Positions 52,839 through 63,246 are shown, counted from the stretch's first letter. The stretch is DNA of 64,000 bases from an uncultured bacterium (GCA_949285325.1 CASDYZ010000025.1:1450-65449); one strand, 5' to 3'. A program made the numbers and translations. Notes: generated from the sequence alone by a model not told the origin.

Positions 52839-52936
52839 ATATAAAACATATTTTTAATCGTATATATAATATTTTTCTAAAATAATATAAAATCTACCTA
52901 TTATATAAATAAGAAGAGGGTGGTAAAATAACTACT

Positions 52937-54289
52937 ATGAAAAATTTAAACCAAATAAAACTATATAATTCTCTTACTAATAAAGAAGAAATTTTTACCC
53001 CTTTGGAGGAGGGAAAAGTTTCGATGTATGTATGTGGGCCAACTGTCTACAATAGACCACACATCGGTAACATGCGACCGATTGTCGTATTTGATACTTT
53101 GAGGCGTCTATTTGAATATTTAGGTTATGAAGTTACTTATGTATCTAATTATACCGATATCGACGATAAAATAATCGACGCCGCACAAAAAGAGAATATA
53201 TCGGAATTAGAACTAAGTTCAAAATATATTAAATTATTTGAAAATGTCGTAAAGATGATCGGCTCTAAATTACCAACTATAACTCCTCGAGTAAGCGAAT
53301 ATATTCCTCAAATCATTAATTATATAAGTAGATTAATCGAAGAAGGTGCAGCCTATAAAACCTCAACTGGTATTTATTTTGATGTAAGTAAAGTCAGTGA
53401 TTATGGATGCTTATCTAATATCGATTTATCCTCCCTTCAAGTAGGGGCAAGAATTGACGAAGATAAAGAAAAACATTCCCCTTATGATTTTGCATTATGG
53501 AAAAATACTAATGTTGGTATAAGGTGGGATTCTCCTTTTGGCGTGGGTAGGCCTGGGTGGCATACTGAGTGCTGTGTGATGATCGATTCGATATTTAAAA
53601 ATCATTATATCGATATTCATGGAGGAGGTTATGATTTAAAATTTCCTCATCACGAAAATGAAATCGCTCAGTCACAAATAATAAATCACAACAAAATAGC
53701 GAGATTTTGGATGCATAATGCTTTTATTAATATTGGGACTGAAAAGATGTCTAAATCATTAGGAAATGTCTTATATCCTGACGATTTAATCGATAAATAT
53801 GGCGGGCCATCAATTAGATTATTAATTTTAAGTGCTCATTATCGTCAACCAATTAATTTCACCGCCGATACAATAAGTATGTCACAAAGAGAAAATTTAA
53901 AAATTGAATCTTTAGTTAAACAAGCTGGTTTATATTTACAACTTAACAATTTAAATTTAGATAAATATGAAGAAGTTGATGAACTTCATAATTTTATCAA
54001 TGCTCTATGTGATGATTTAAACACCGCGAACGCATTGATGGAAGTGTATAATCTAGTTAAAAAGATCAATCAAATTTTAAGAGCTAAAGAAGTTGATAAT
54101 AAGTTATTTATCGATAATTTTAAATCTCTACTTATTATGCTTGATGTCTTAGGACTAGATATTACTTATAAAGTTTTAGATGAGGATGAAAAAGAATTAT
54201 ATAGTGCATATATAAAAGCAAAGCAAGATAAAGATTTTATCAAATCGGATGAAATTAGAAAAATTTTGATGGAGAAAAAGATTATATAA
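52937..54289 (+). CDS. cysS: cysteine--tRNA ligase
   Basis: HIGN, KMSKSLGN, and the zinc-binding Cys of class I CysRS. Confidence 0.9.
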   Translation: MKNLNQIKLYNSLTNKEEIFTPLEEGKVSMYVCGPTVYNRPHIGNMRPIVVFDTLRRLFEYLGYEVTYVSNYTDIDDKIIDAAQKENISELELSSKYIKLFENVVKMIGSKLPTITPRVSEYIPQIINYISRLIEEGAAYKTSTGIYFDVSKVSDYGCLSNIDLSSLQVGARIDEDKEKHSPYDFALWKNTNVGIRWDSPFGVGRPGWHTECCVMIDSIFKNHYIDIHGGGYDLKFPHHENEIAQSQIINHNKIARFWMHNAFINIGTEKMSKSLGNVLYPDDLIDKYGGPSIRLLILSAHYRQPINFTADTISMSQRENLKIESLVKQAGLYLQLNNLNLDKYEEVDELHNFINALCDDLNTANALMEVYNLVKKINQILRAKEVDNKLFIDNFKSLLIMLDVLGLDITYKVLDEDEKELYSAYIKAKQDKDFIKSDEIRKILMEKKII

Positions 54290-54292
54290 TTT

Positions 54293-55003
54293 ATGAATAA
54301 CGATTTACTTTTTTATGGTCGTAATCCATTTAAAGAAGCACTTAAATGTCAAAAGATAGAATGCGTTTATTTACAAAATGGTTTTTCTGATAAAAATATT
54401 TTAAATCTAATCACACAAAACAATTTAAAAATTACTTATTTAAGTATTAGTGAATTAAATAATCTTTGTATGGATAAACACCATCAAGGTATCGCTTTTA
54501 AATTAAAATATTTTAAATATTATGAACTTGAAGATATCATCGTTAAACATAATGATAGAATACCTCTAATTTTAATATTAGACGAGATTAATGATCCACA
54601 TAATCTAGGAGCAATTATTAGAAGTGCGGATGTCTTTGGTGTCGATGGGGTAATTATTAAAAAAAGAAATCAAGTTATGGTTAATTCTACTGTTATGAAA
54701 TCGAGTGTAGGCGCGGCAAATTTTGTTAAAATAGTATTAGTCAATAATTTAAATCAAACAATATCTAAATTAAAAGAGAATGGATATTGGATCGTATCTA
54801 GTGATGGAAGTGCTTCCTTATCTTATACCGATTTAAAATATGATTTCCCAACAGCGTTAGTTGTGGGTTCAGAAGGTTTTGGAATTTCTTCTTTACTATT
54901 AAAAAATTCCGATTATGTAGTTAAGATACCTCTGCTTGGAAAAGTTAATTCACTCAACGCATCTACTGCGACAGCGGTTTTACTAGCACGTATTAGAAGT
55001 TAA
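54293..55003 (+). CDS. rlmB: 23S rRNA 2'-O-ribose methyltransferase, SpoU/TrmH family (RlmB-like)
   Basis: SpoU motifs (LDEINDPHNLGAIIRSA; VGSEGFGIS); downstream of cysS as in Bacillus. Confidence 0.7.
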   Translation: MNNDLLFYGRNPFKEALKCQKIECVYLQNGFSDKNILNLITQNNLKITYLSISELNNLCMDKHHQGIAFKLKYFKYYELEDIIVKHNDRIPLILILDEINDPHNLGAIIRSADVFGVDGVIIKKRNQVMVNSTVMKSSVGAANFVKIVLVNNLNQTISKLKENGYWIVSSDGSASLSYTDLKYDFPTALVVGSEGFGISSLLLKNSDYVVKIPLLGKVNSLNASTATAVLLARIRS

Positions 55004-55070
55004 TTATTTTTATTTTTTAGTCTTTAGTTAATTATTTGCTTTCATTTTTAAAAGAAAGGAAAAATTAACA

Positions 55071-55673
55071 ATGAAAAAGAAAAAATTAAGCGATGAAGAA
55101 CTTATTTTTTTAATCGCACAAGAAAATCGTGAAGCTTATTCTATGTTGTTTGAAAGGTACAAAAGGTATTCGTGGAGTGCAGCTCATAAGTTTTACTTAA
55201 AAAATGAAGGAAGCGGAATCGACGTCGCGACTTTTCACTCTATCGCCTTAACTGCATTCCATTTCGCATTATCAAAGTACAACATTAAAAAGCAAAATTT
55301 TTATCCTTACTGGCGGGAAGTTGCCCTTAACGAGATGCTCGAATACACCAAGCAAAATTCGTATCAATTTCGTGCAAAGTGGTTTAGTGGCACCTGCAGC
55401 CTCGATGAATTGATGTGTGAAAGTGGTAGTAAATTTGATGAGATACTCGGCGAAAACGATAGACTTTTGACAAAAGATTTAAGTTATGACAATTTACTTT
55501 TTATTTTAAGAAGAGCAAAGAAAATATTATTGCCAATTGAGTTTTCAATTCTACTTTTACTTTACGATGATTTTACTCCTAGAGAAATTGCCTCTAAAAT
55601 GAAATTAGAAGCGAAGAGAGTATATTATTACATAAAGACAATTAAGAAAAAAATTAAACAAATATTACTATAA
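55071..55673 (+). CDS. sigH: sigma-70 family sigma factor (SigH-like)
   Basis: About 200 aa with region 2 and region 4; position after rlmB matches Bacillus sigH. Confidence 0.5.
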   Translation: MKKKKLSDEELIFLIAQENREAYSMLFERYKRYSWSAAHKFYLKNEGSGIDVATFHSIALTAFHFALSKYNIKKQNFYPYWREVALNEMLEYTKQNSYQFRAKWFSGTCSLDELMCESGSKFDEILGENDRLLTKDLSYDNLLFILRRAKKILLPIEFSILLLLYDDFTPREIASKMKLEAKRVYYYIKTIKKKIKQILL

Positions 55674-55716
55674 CGAGTGTATATAAAAAAATTATGTTTA
55701 TGATATAATCATAAGC

Positions 55717-56532
55717 ATGAACGCACTCGAGATTAAAAATTTGTCATATTCATACGATAAATCATCTGAAGTATTGTTTGATATTTCTCTAGATATTAAA
55801 AAGGGTACCCATGTGGCGTTTGTAGGTCATAACGGAAGCGGTAAGTCAACCTTGGCAAAACTTATCGTTGGCCTTTTAGAAAAAGATAAAGGCTACATCA
55901 AAGTACTCGGACTTGATATCAATAAAGAAAATATTTATGAGATTAGAAAACATGTCGGTATTGTATTTCAAAATCCGGATAATCAATTTGTCGCGACTAC
56001 AGTTGAAGACGACATTGCTTTTGGGATGGAAAATAGATGCGTCGAATATAATAAAATGCACGAACTTGTTTTAGAATTTGCTAAAAAAGTAGGAATGGAA
56101 AATTATTTAAAAAAGGAACCCTCTTCTTTAAGTGGTGGGCAAAAGCAAAGAGTAGCCATCGCGGGTGCCCTCTCTCTTAACCCCGACATATTAATTCTAG
56201 ATGAAGCGACGAGTATGCTTGACCCAAAAGGTAAGAATGAAATTTTATCTCTTTTATCAAAAATGAGAAAAAATAACTCAGATCTAACAATTATTTCCAT
56301 CACACACGATGTTGAAGAAGCTTATTTATGCGATGAAGTTTTTGTCCTTCACGATGGTAAAATTGTTTTAAACGGTACACCTGAAGAAGTCTTTTCTCAA
56401 AAAGAAAAAATCCATAAATTTGGATTAGAACAACCATTTTTACTAGACCTTAAAAATAAACTTATCAATATAGATATCGATATTTCATCTTGCCAAACGT
56501 TATCAGAAATAGTGGAGAAAATATGCCGATAA
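55717..56532 (+). CDS. ecfA1: energy-coupling factor transporter ATPase EcfA1
   Basis: GHNGSGKST, LSGGQKQRVAIAGAL, ILILDEATSMLD. Confidence 0.85.
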   Translation: MNALEIKNLSYSYDKSSEVLFDISLDIKKGTHVAFVGHNGSGKSTLAKLIVGLLEKDKGYIKVLGLDINKENIYEIRKHVGIVFQNPDNQFVATTVEDDIAFGMENRCVEYNKMHELVLEFAKKVGMENYLKKEPSSLSGGQKQRVAIAGALSLNPDILILDEATSMLDPKGKNEILSLLSKMRKNNSDLTIISITHDVEEAYLCDEVFVLHDGKIVLNGTPEEVFSQKEKIHKFGLEQPFLLDLKNKLINIDIDISSCQTLSEIVEKICR

Positions 56533-57383
56533 AAATAGAACATTTATATCATACATATCAAGCAAAAACTCCTACACCTACAAGGGCGATTATCGATATT
56601 AATTTAAATATCGACACGCCTTCATTTATCGCGTTTGTCGGCGAAACGGGAAGTGGCAAGTCAACTCTTATTCAGCATTTAAATGCACTTTTAATTCCTA
56701 CCAGTGGAGATGTTTATGTCGATGAATATCATCTAGTTTCAAAGAAAAGAAAAAATAAAAATATAATGAAACTTAGAAAACATGTAGGTTTAGTTTTTCA
56801 GTTTCCTGAATATCAATTATTTGAAACGACTGTCTTAAAAGATGTGATGGTTGGACCTAAAAATTTTAAAATCAAAGATGAGCAAGCTAAACAAATTGCA
56901 ATAAACGCTTTAAATCAAGTTGGTATAGGTGAAAAATATTTTGAACGTTCTCCTTTTGATTTATCAGGAGGGGAGAAAAGACGTGTCGCGATTGCTGGAA
57001 TACTCGCACTTGAACCTGACATTTTAGTGTTAGATGAACCAACTGCGGGATTAGATCCAAAAGGAAAAAAAGAAATATTGTCACTTTTAGTTAATTTATA
57101 TAATCAAGGGAAAACCATTATTATAGTTACTCACGATATGGATATCGTCATGGAATATGCTTCTAAAGTTATCGCTTTGCACGAAGGAAAAGTTATTTTT
57201 GAAGGGACACCGAGCGAATTATTTTCACATTTAAATGACGATATGGCGTTAGAAATACCAGTGCTTTATCAGCTAATTAATCGTTTAAATGAAAGAGGTT
57301 TTAATCTCGACACATCGGCGATTAAAAATGTCGATGATTTAGTTGAAGCGATTAAAAAACACAAAGGGAAAGAGAATGAATAA
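56523..57383 (+). CDS. ecfA2: energy-coupling factor transporter ATPase EcfA2
   Basis: The ATG at 56523 gives MPIKIEHLYHTY. Motifs GETGSGKST, LSGGEKRRVAIAGIL, ILVLDEPTAGLD. Confidence 0.85.
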   Translation: MPIKIEHLYHTYQAKTPTPTRAIIDINLNIDTPSFIAFVGETGSGKSTLIQHLNALLIPTSGDVYVDEYHLVSKKRKNKNIMKLRKHVGLVFQFPEYQLFETTVLKDVMVGPKNFKIKDEQAKQIAINALNQVGIGEKYFERSPFDLSGGEKRRVAIAGILALEPDILVLDEPTAGLDPKGKKEILSLLVNLYNQGKTIIIVTHDMDIVMEYASKVIALHEGKVIFEGTPSELFSHLNDDMALEIPVLYQLINRLNERGFNLDTSAIKNVDDLVEAIKKHKGKENE

Positions 57384-58254
57384 CACTATTTTTGGTCGAT
57401 ATACAAACTACAATACGCTAATCCATAGGATCGAGCCGCGAGTTAAACTTTTCCTCCTCATCCTTCTTATTTCTATTATCTTTTTTAAATTCAGTGTCTG
57501 GTCGACTAACATCGTCTATACTATTTTACTTTTAATTTTTTTCTTTATTTTACTTGCGGTTTCTAAATCTAGTTTTTTAAGTCTACTTAAAAGTTTTAGA
57601 GCGATGTGGTTTTTAATTTTATTTTTATTTATCGTCTATATTTTCTTTCCCAATACTTCTTATAAATTTGTCGCCTTTTATATCGGTGATTATCCAATAT
57701 ATTGGGACGCGATTTATCAGACTTGCTATATTATAATTCGTTTATTTTTAATGATATCTATCATGATGGTTTTAACTTCGACTACTACCCCAATGGAGTT
57801 AACTTTTTCATTCGAATGGTATATGACTCCATTGAAAGTCATTAAATTCCCAGTCCACGCTGGTGCAATGGCTCTATCTATCGCTTTAAGATTTATCCCA
57901 ACCCTTTTAGAAGAGACGGATAGAATCATGAAAGCGCAAGCGTCTAGAGGTATTGATTTCAATCACGGGAGCATTGGTAAAAGATTTAAAGCGATAATAT
58001 CTTTAATCATCCCGTTTTTTCTCACCGCTTTTCAAAGGAGCGACGAACTTGCAGAAGCGATGGAAGTAAGAGGCTATAATCCTAACGCGAAAAGAACGAG
58101 ATATAGAAAATATAATTTGCACTGGGTAGATTTATTTGCTTCCTTAATTATCCTTATTATTTTTGGTGGGGTTCTTACCTTATTTATCATCGACAAAAAT
58201 TTTAGACAATTAGACATTTTTCAAATATTATTTAAAATAGATTTAGGGTTTTAA
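57376..58254 (+). CDS. ecfT: energy-coupling factor transporter transmembrane subunit EcfT
   Basis: The ATG at 57376 gives MNNTIFGRY. Polytopic; contains the EcfT ARG motif (AQASRG). Confidence 0.8.
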   Translation: MNNTIFGRYTNYNTLIHRIEPRVKLFLLILLISIIFFKFSVWSTNIVYTILLLIFFFILLAVSKSSFLSLLKSFRAMWFLILFLFIVYIFFPNTSYKFVAFYIGDYPIYWDAIYQTCYIIIRLFLMISIMMVLTSTTTPMELTFSFEWYMTPLKVIKFPVHAGAMALSIALRFIPTLLEETDRIMKAQASRGIDFNHGSIGKRFKAIISLIIPFFLTAFQRSDELAEAMEVRGYNPNAKRTRYRKYNLHWVDLFASLIILIIFGGVLTLFIIDKNFRQLDIFQILFKIDLGF

Positions 58255-58257
58255 TTT

Positions 58258-58995
58258 ATGCGAGTTTTAGCAACTGTCATGTATAACGGCTACATGTATA
58301 ATGGGTGGCAAATTCAAAAAAATGGTAGCAGTGTAGAAGAAGAAATTGAAAGAGTTTTATCAAAACTTTTAAATCAAGATATCAATATACTAGGGGCAGG
58401 TAGAACCGATGGTAAAGTTCACGCTTTTGGGCAAACATTTCATTTTGATTTTATAGGAAAAAAAATCGATTTACATAAATTGATTTATGCTTGTAATAGA
58501 CTTTTACCTCACGACATTAAAATTATAAAGATGAAATATGTTTCTTTAAATTTTCACGCGAGAATAAATGCAAAAAAGAAAGAATATGAATATTTAATTA
58601 AATTAGATAGCAAAGACCCATTTTTAAATAATTTAGTTTATATTTGTCCATTTGATTTAAAAATAAAAAAAATAAGAGAAGCGATGAAATTATTTATAGG
58701 CGAACATGATTTTAGATGTTTTACTTCTAAAGATGAAGATTTTTTAAATTATAAAAGAGAAATATATTCTTTTAATGTTAAAAAGATGAGAAATGAAAAT
58801 ATATTGGTTTTTAATATTAAAGGAAGCGGTTTTATGCGTTATATGATACGCTTTATCATCGGTACATTATTAGAAATCGGAAGAGAAAAAATAGATATTG
58901 ATTTTGTTAAAAATCATCTTGATGTAGATGTTCGAGAAGTGGTGCCCTATAAAGCACCTCCTGAAGGATTATATTTAAAAAAAGTATATTATTAA
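58258..58995 (+). CDS. truA: tRNA pseudouridine(38-40) synthase TruA
   Basis: GAGRTDGKVHAFGQ, including the catalytic Asp. Confidence 0.85.
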   Translation: MRVLATVMYNGYMYNGWQIQKNGSSVEEEIERVLSKLLNQDINILGAGRTDGKVHAFGQTFHFDFIGKKIDLHKLIYACNRLLPHDIKIIKMKYVSLNFHARINAKKKEYEYLIKLDSKDPFLNNLVYICPFDLKIKKIREAMKLFIGEHDFRCFTSKDEDFLNYKREIYSFNVKKMRNENILVFNIKGSGFMRYMIRFIIGTLLEIGREKIDIDFVKNHLDVDVREVVPYKAPPEGLYLKKVYY

Positions 58996-59056
58996 TGCTC
59001 ATTTATAATAATTGTGATAAAATCACAAAGGATTTAAGAAAGAAGGTAATTTATCA

Positions 59057-59764
59057 ATGGGAAGACATTTTGAAGTAAGAGCAAAGGCCATGGCTGAAAC
59101 CGCGGCGAAAAAATCTGCCATATACATGCGTGCATCGAAAGAAATCTATATGGCCGCGCGCAGTGGAGATCCAAACCCAGATTCTAACCTCGCTTTGCGT
59201 TCTGCAATAGAAAAATGGAAAGGGCAATCTGTCCCTAAAGATGTCATCGATAGGGCGATTAAAAAAGCTAGTGGCGGGACAGCAGAAAATTATGTCAGCG
59301 GACGTTATGAAGCATTTGGACCTGGTGGTTCATACTTTATAATTGATACACTTAGTGATAACAATAATCGCGCGCTTACAGAAGTGAGAACCGCAATCAC
59401 AAAAAAAGGTGGGCACATGGGTAGTGTCGCCTATTATTTCACTGAATATGGCGTTTTAGCGTTCAAGAGCACTAATCGTGACGAAGTAGAAGAAACACTA
59501 ATTTTAAGCGATATCGATGTCAAAGAAGTAAGTTTAGATGATGGGATTATTGAAGTGCTCGTCGAACCTAGCTATTTTGGTAGAGCAAAAGAAGTTTTAT
59601 CATCCATGGGTGTCAGTGAATATGAAGTGGCAGAAATCGAACCAATCGCAAACGATTTAATCGAAATAACTGACGAAGAAGACAAGAGAAAATTTAATGA
59701 ATTATGTGACATGCTCGACGAACTTCAAGATGTTCAAGGTGTGCACCATAATGTCAAAAATTAA
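59057..59764 (+). CDS. YebC/PmpR-family DNA-binding regulatory protein
   Basis: N-terminus GRHFEVRAKAMAETAAKKSAIY parallels the YebC motif [23 protein letters not shown]; about 235 aa. Confidence 0.65.
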   Translation: MGRHFEVRAKAMAETAAKKSAIYMRASKEIYMAARSGDPNPDSNLALRSAIEKWKGQSVPKDVIDRAIKKASGGTAENYVSGRYEAFGPGGSYFIIDTLSDNNNRALTEVRTAITKKGGHMGSVAYYFTEYGVLAFKSTNRDEVEETLILSDIDVKEVSLDDGIIEVLVEPSYFGRAKEVLSSMGVSEYEVAEIEPIANDLIEITDEEDKRKFNELCDMLDELQDVQGVHHNVKN

Positions 59765-60963
59765 TATTTAAAATTTTTAGTAAAATAGAGGGCAGACACA
59801 AGTGCCCACTTTAAATTATATCCACCACAAAGGGCGTCAATATCTAACATTTCACCTAAGAAATAGACGCCTTTTTCTTTTTTTGATTCAAAATTGAAGT
59901 TGATTTCTTCTATTTTAAGCCCACCGATACTGACTTGAGAATCATTAAAATCATAAAAAGAAGAAACATTAAAAGTTAAATTATGTGCGCGGTTTATTAA
60001 TCTAGATGCATCGATAAAATTTAATTTACAATCAATATTTATATTTTCTAATTTATAAATATATTTTGCTAAATTTTCTTGCAAAAAAGGAAGGAGTACA
60101 TTATCGATATTTTTATTTAATTTTAAAAGATCAACTTCTTTAATTGTCTCATCTAAACAATCTATTTTTATCGCAATTTTTTCATAATTATTTCTTTGAA
60201 TTATGCTGGCTAAGTTGAACGCCAAAATGCCACCCAAGCCATCTTTTTTAAACACAATTTCGCCCTTTTCTTTATAGAGTATTTTTTCATTTTGTATCAA
60301 TTTGGCTTCGCCTCTAATTTTTTCTCCAAATAGTGATGAAACATCTTCTTCAATCTTAATTGGACATAATCCAGGTTTTAATTCGTTTATTTTATATCCT
60401 TTATTTTTTAAGATAGAAAACATTGAGCCATCGCTCCCTAAAATAGGTGAAGATTTACCTCCACACGATATGACTAATTTATCAACATCATATGAAGAGT
60501 TATCAGAAAAAAGTACATCGATTTTATTGTTATTATTTAACCTATAATCTATACATTTTGTCCTTAATAAAACTTCTATATTTTTACATTTTTCTATTTG
60601 TTTTATTAAAACTTTATGTACTGTTTTTCCACTTAGATTGACAGGGTATAAATATCCATCGTGGAGATTAGTTAAATATATGCCTATTGATTTAAGTGCT
60701 TCTTTTTGTTTATTGATATTAAACTCTTTAAGATATTTTTCAACAAATTGAGGATTATTATATTTATTAATATTGTCATCATCATGATTTATGTTGCATC
60801 TACCATTACCACTTACAATAAATTTTTTACCAATCATCTCTTTTTGTTCAAAAATAATGATTTTTAAATCTTTATATTTTCTCGCAAGAAAAATAGCGGT
60901 AAAAATATTTGCAGGTCCTCCACCTAATAGACCGATAACTTCTTTAAATTTTTCCATATGCAT
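59761..60963 (-). CDS. NAD(P)/FAD-dependent oxidoreductase, HI0933/BaiN (aminoacetone-oxidase-like) family
   Basis: N-terminal dinucleotide fold (GLLGGGPANIF) and the C-terminal family signature GGYNLKWAL. Confidence 0.6.
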   Translation of the reverse strand: MHMEKFKEVIGLLGGGPANIFTAIFLARKYKDLKIIIFEQKEMIGKKFIVSGNGRCNINHDDDNINKYNNPQFVEKYLKEFNINKQKEALKSIGIYLTNLHDGYLYPVNLSGKTVHKVLIKQIEKCKNIEVLLRTKCIDYRLNNNNKIDVLFSDNSSYDVDKLVISCGGKSSPILGSDGSMFSILKNKGYKINELKPGLCPIKIEEDVSSLFGEKIRGEAKLIQNEKILYKEKGEIVFKKDGLGGILAFNLASIIQRNNYEKIAIKIDCLDETIKEVDLLKLNKNIDNVLLPFLQENLAKYIYKLENINIDCKLNFIDASRLINRAHNLTFNVSSFYDFNDSQVSIGGLKIEEINFNFESKKEKGVYFLGEMLDIDALCGGYNLKWALVSALYFTKNFKY

Positions 60964-61103
60964 ATCATAGCATATTTTCTCAATATTACTAAAAGTAATT
61001 GACTTTTAGATCGCCTTTAGTGTATATTCTTTATCGGCACACAAAAGCCTAAACAATTAAGTCCCCGGTAAAGACTAGTTTGTTTGGTAAAGGAGGATTA
61101 AGT

Positions 61104-61544
61104 ATGCAACGTCAAACAACTATTGCAAAAGCAAACGAAATCCAAAGAAAATGGTATATTATTGACGCGACTGACTTACCTTTAGGAAGAATGGCTTCCG
61201 AAATAGCAAAAATTTTAACAGGACGTAATAAACCAATCTACACTCCACATGTCGATTGCGGTGATTATGTAATTGTTATCAATGCAGAAAAGGTTAGTTT
61301 ATCAGGAGACAAACTCAATAATAAAAAATATTACAACGTGTCAGGTTATAATGGTGGATTAAGAACTAGAACAGCGAAAGAAATGATTGAAAAATACCCA
61401 ACTGAATTAATCGAAAGAAGCGTTCATGGCATGGTACCAAAAGGTCGTTTAGGTCGTCAAATTGAAAAGAAATTATTCGTCTACAAAGGTTCAGTTCAAC
61501 CACACGAAGCTCAAAAGCCAGAAAAGCTTGAGCTCAAATTTTAA
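61104..61544 (+). CDS. rplM: 50S ribosomal protein L13
   Basis: The ATG at 61104 after AGGAGGA gives [22 protein letters not shown]. Confidence 0.9.
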   Translation: MQRQTTIAKANEIQRKWYIIDATDLPLGRMASEIAKILTGRNKPIYTPHVDCGDYVIVINAEKVSLSGDKLNNKKYYNVSGYNGGLRTRTAKEMIEKYPTELIERSVHGMVPKGRLGRQIEKKLFVYKGSVQPHEAQKPEKLELKF

Positions 61545-61555
61545 GGAGGTTACCC

Positions 61556-61954
61556 ATGGCTAAGAAAAACGAAGTCCAATATTATGGAACAGGTAGAAGA
61601 AAATCTTCTATTGCTCGTGTTTATGTCACCACTGGTAAAGGCAAAATTGTCGTCAACGGAAAAGATGTTGATGAATATATGCCATATGCGACATTAGTGA
61701 TGGATTTAAAACAACCTCTCACCCTAACGGGAACAGAAAGCAAATACGATGTACGCGCGGAAGTTAGAGGCGGTGGGTTCACAGGCCAAGCCGGTGCAAT
61801 TAGACTCGGAATTGCTAGAGCCCTATTAGAAGCTGGATGCGATAGGTCAGTATTAAAAGGCAACGGAATGCTCACTAGAGACTCCCGTGCAAAAGAACGT
61901 AAAAAATACGGTCTTAAAGCTGCAAGACGCGCGCCACAATTCTCAAAGCGTTAA
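61556..61954 (+). CDS. rpsI: 30S ribosomal protein S9
   Basis: Ends with ...APQFSKR. Confidence 0.95.
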   Translation: MAKKNEVQYYGTGRRKSSIARVYVTTGKGKIVVNGKDVDEYMPYATLVMDLKQPLTLTGTESKYDVRAEVRGGGFTGQAGAIRLGIARALLEAGCDRSVLKGNGMLTRDSRAKERKKYGLKAARRAPQFSKR

Positions 61955-61994
61955 TCTTACACTTTGAAATTATTATTCAAGAAACTAGATCGTC

Positions 61995-62030
61995 TATCCA
62001 TGGGCGATCTTTTCTTTTAAAAAATTTCAT
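61995..62030 (+). terminator. rho-independent terminator after rpsI
   Basis: agatcg...cgatct hairpin followed by TTTTCTTTT. Confidence 0.5.
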
Positions 62031-62077
62031 TGCATTTTAATTTTCTTTATTGTATATTATTTTAGCGCGTGCAAAGC

Positions 62078-62154
<77 letters not shown>

Positions 62155-62251
62155 ATTCACTACCGCACGACTTATGAAAGTGGAAGCGGTAAACGATTCC
62201 ACATTTTTTAAAAGGATTAAACTATTCTCTCTTCTAGAGGGACGTCAATCT

Positions 62252-62326
62252 GGACACTTAGTTCAGCGGGAGAACGCTTCCTTCACACGGAAGAGGTCGT
62301 AGGTTCGATCCCTACAGTGTCCACCA
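62252..62326 (+). tRNA. tRNA-Val (anticodon CAC as read)
   Basis: Acceptor stem GGACACT/AGTGTCC, anticodon stem CTTCC/GGAAG, loop TTCACAC, discriminator A, encoded CCA. Confidence 0.75.
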
Positions 62327-62331
62327 TACAA

Positions 62332-62407
62332 GCCATCTTAGCACAATTGGTAGTGCAACTGATTTGTAATCAGTAGGTTGTAGGTTCGAGTCCTATAGAT
62401 GGCACCA
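62332..62407 (+). tRNA. tRNA-Thr (anticodon UGU)
   Basis: Acceptor stem GCCATCT/AGATGGC, anticodon loop TTTGTAA, encoded CCA. Confidence 0.8.
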
Positions 62408-62527
62408 AAAAAATCAAATATTGATAGTAATATCAATTTCTAAATGAGTTCGAGAAATCGGACTTTTTTAATTTTATGCTTGAATAATCACTTTTTAAAA
62501 TTCATGTCGTTACAAACCGAGACTTAA

Positions 62528-62797
62528 AATAATGATTTTGGATTTACTTTTATCTTTTACCGTAATTCAACTTTAGTAAATGATAAGATAAGTGATAAGA
62601 TAAATGATGAGATAAATGATAAGATATTGTTTGAAATAAGAAAAAATAAATATGTAACTATTCCAGAAATGAAAGATAAATTAAATATATCAGAAGCTAC
62701 TATTTATCGTCATTTAAAAAAGTTAATGAACGTCGGTGTTATTAGAAGAAATGGTTCTAGAAAAAAAGGCCATTGGGAAATAGTGGATGAAAAATAA
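62528..62797 (+). pseudogene. degenerate remnant encoding a C-terminal winged-helix domain of the type found at the end of AlbA_2/HATPase_c_4 (RecG-like) transcriptional regulators
   Basis: The open frame translates to ...ILFEIRKNKYVTIPEMKDKLNISEATIYRHLKKLMNVGVIRRNGSRKKGHWEIVDEK. There is no credible start, and the 12-nt repeats sit upstream in the same frame. Confidence 0.4.
62578..62625 (+). repeat. 4 x 12-nt tandem repeat (aaatgataagat variants)
   Basis: Period-12 direct repeats that lead into a winged-helix remnant reading frame. Confidence 0.7.
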
Positions 62798-63027
62798 GCA
62801 ACGTAAGTCATAATTTTTAATTTGTAGACAGCAAAGAAATAAGTACTCATCGAAATAAAGAATTTATGAGTTTTATATAACTCATAATGTGTCAAACAAA
62901 CCGGTTATAGAATTCCTAAAGTTTAAGAACGCTTCGATAAGAATGCGACTGATATTGAGGGAAACTGTATAAATTTTTCTATACCATGTGATGTGGAAGT
63001 AATGGCGTCCATGTGTGTTAATGACGT

Positions 63028-63147
63028 TGGTGCAGAAAATGGTGCAGAAAATGGTGCAGAAAATGGTGAAGAAACGGTGAAGAAACGGTGAAAAAAACGG
63101 TGAAGAAAAATGATACAGAAAATGATACAAAAAATGATACAGAAAAA
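63028..63147 (+). repeat. three blocks of 11-12-nt tandem repeats (ggtgcagaaaat x3, ggtgaagaaac x~4, tgatacagaaaa x3)
   Basis: Direct reading of the sequence. Confidence 0.75.
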
Positions 63148-63246
63148 ATAATTATTTTAGCTATTAACTCAAATCCATATATATCACAAGAAGCCTTAAC
63201 TGAATTGTGTAATAAATTGCGTATTACATTTCTAGAATTATTATAA
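63070..63246 (+). pseudogene. second degenerate winged-helix remnant
   Basis: The frame translates to ...IIILAINSNPYISQEALTELCNKLRITFLELL, a homolog of the first remnant's helix. No start codon; preceded in frame by the repeat blocks. Confidence 0.35.

Noticed and set aside
52839-52936. Possible T-box leader upstream of cysS
   Set aside because: Only about 100 nt lie between the hydA terminator and the cysS start, far shorter than a T-box (over 200 nt). No specifier or antiterminator features are evident.
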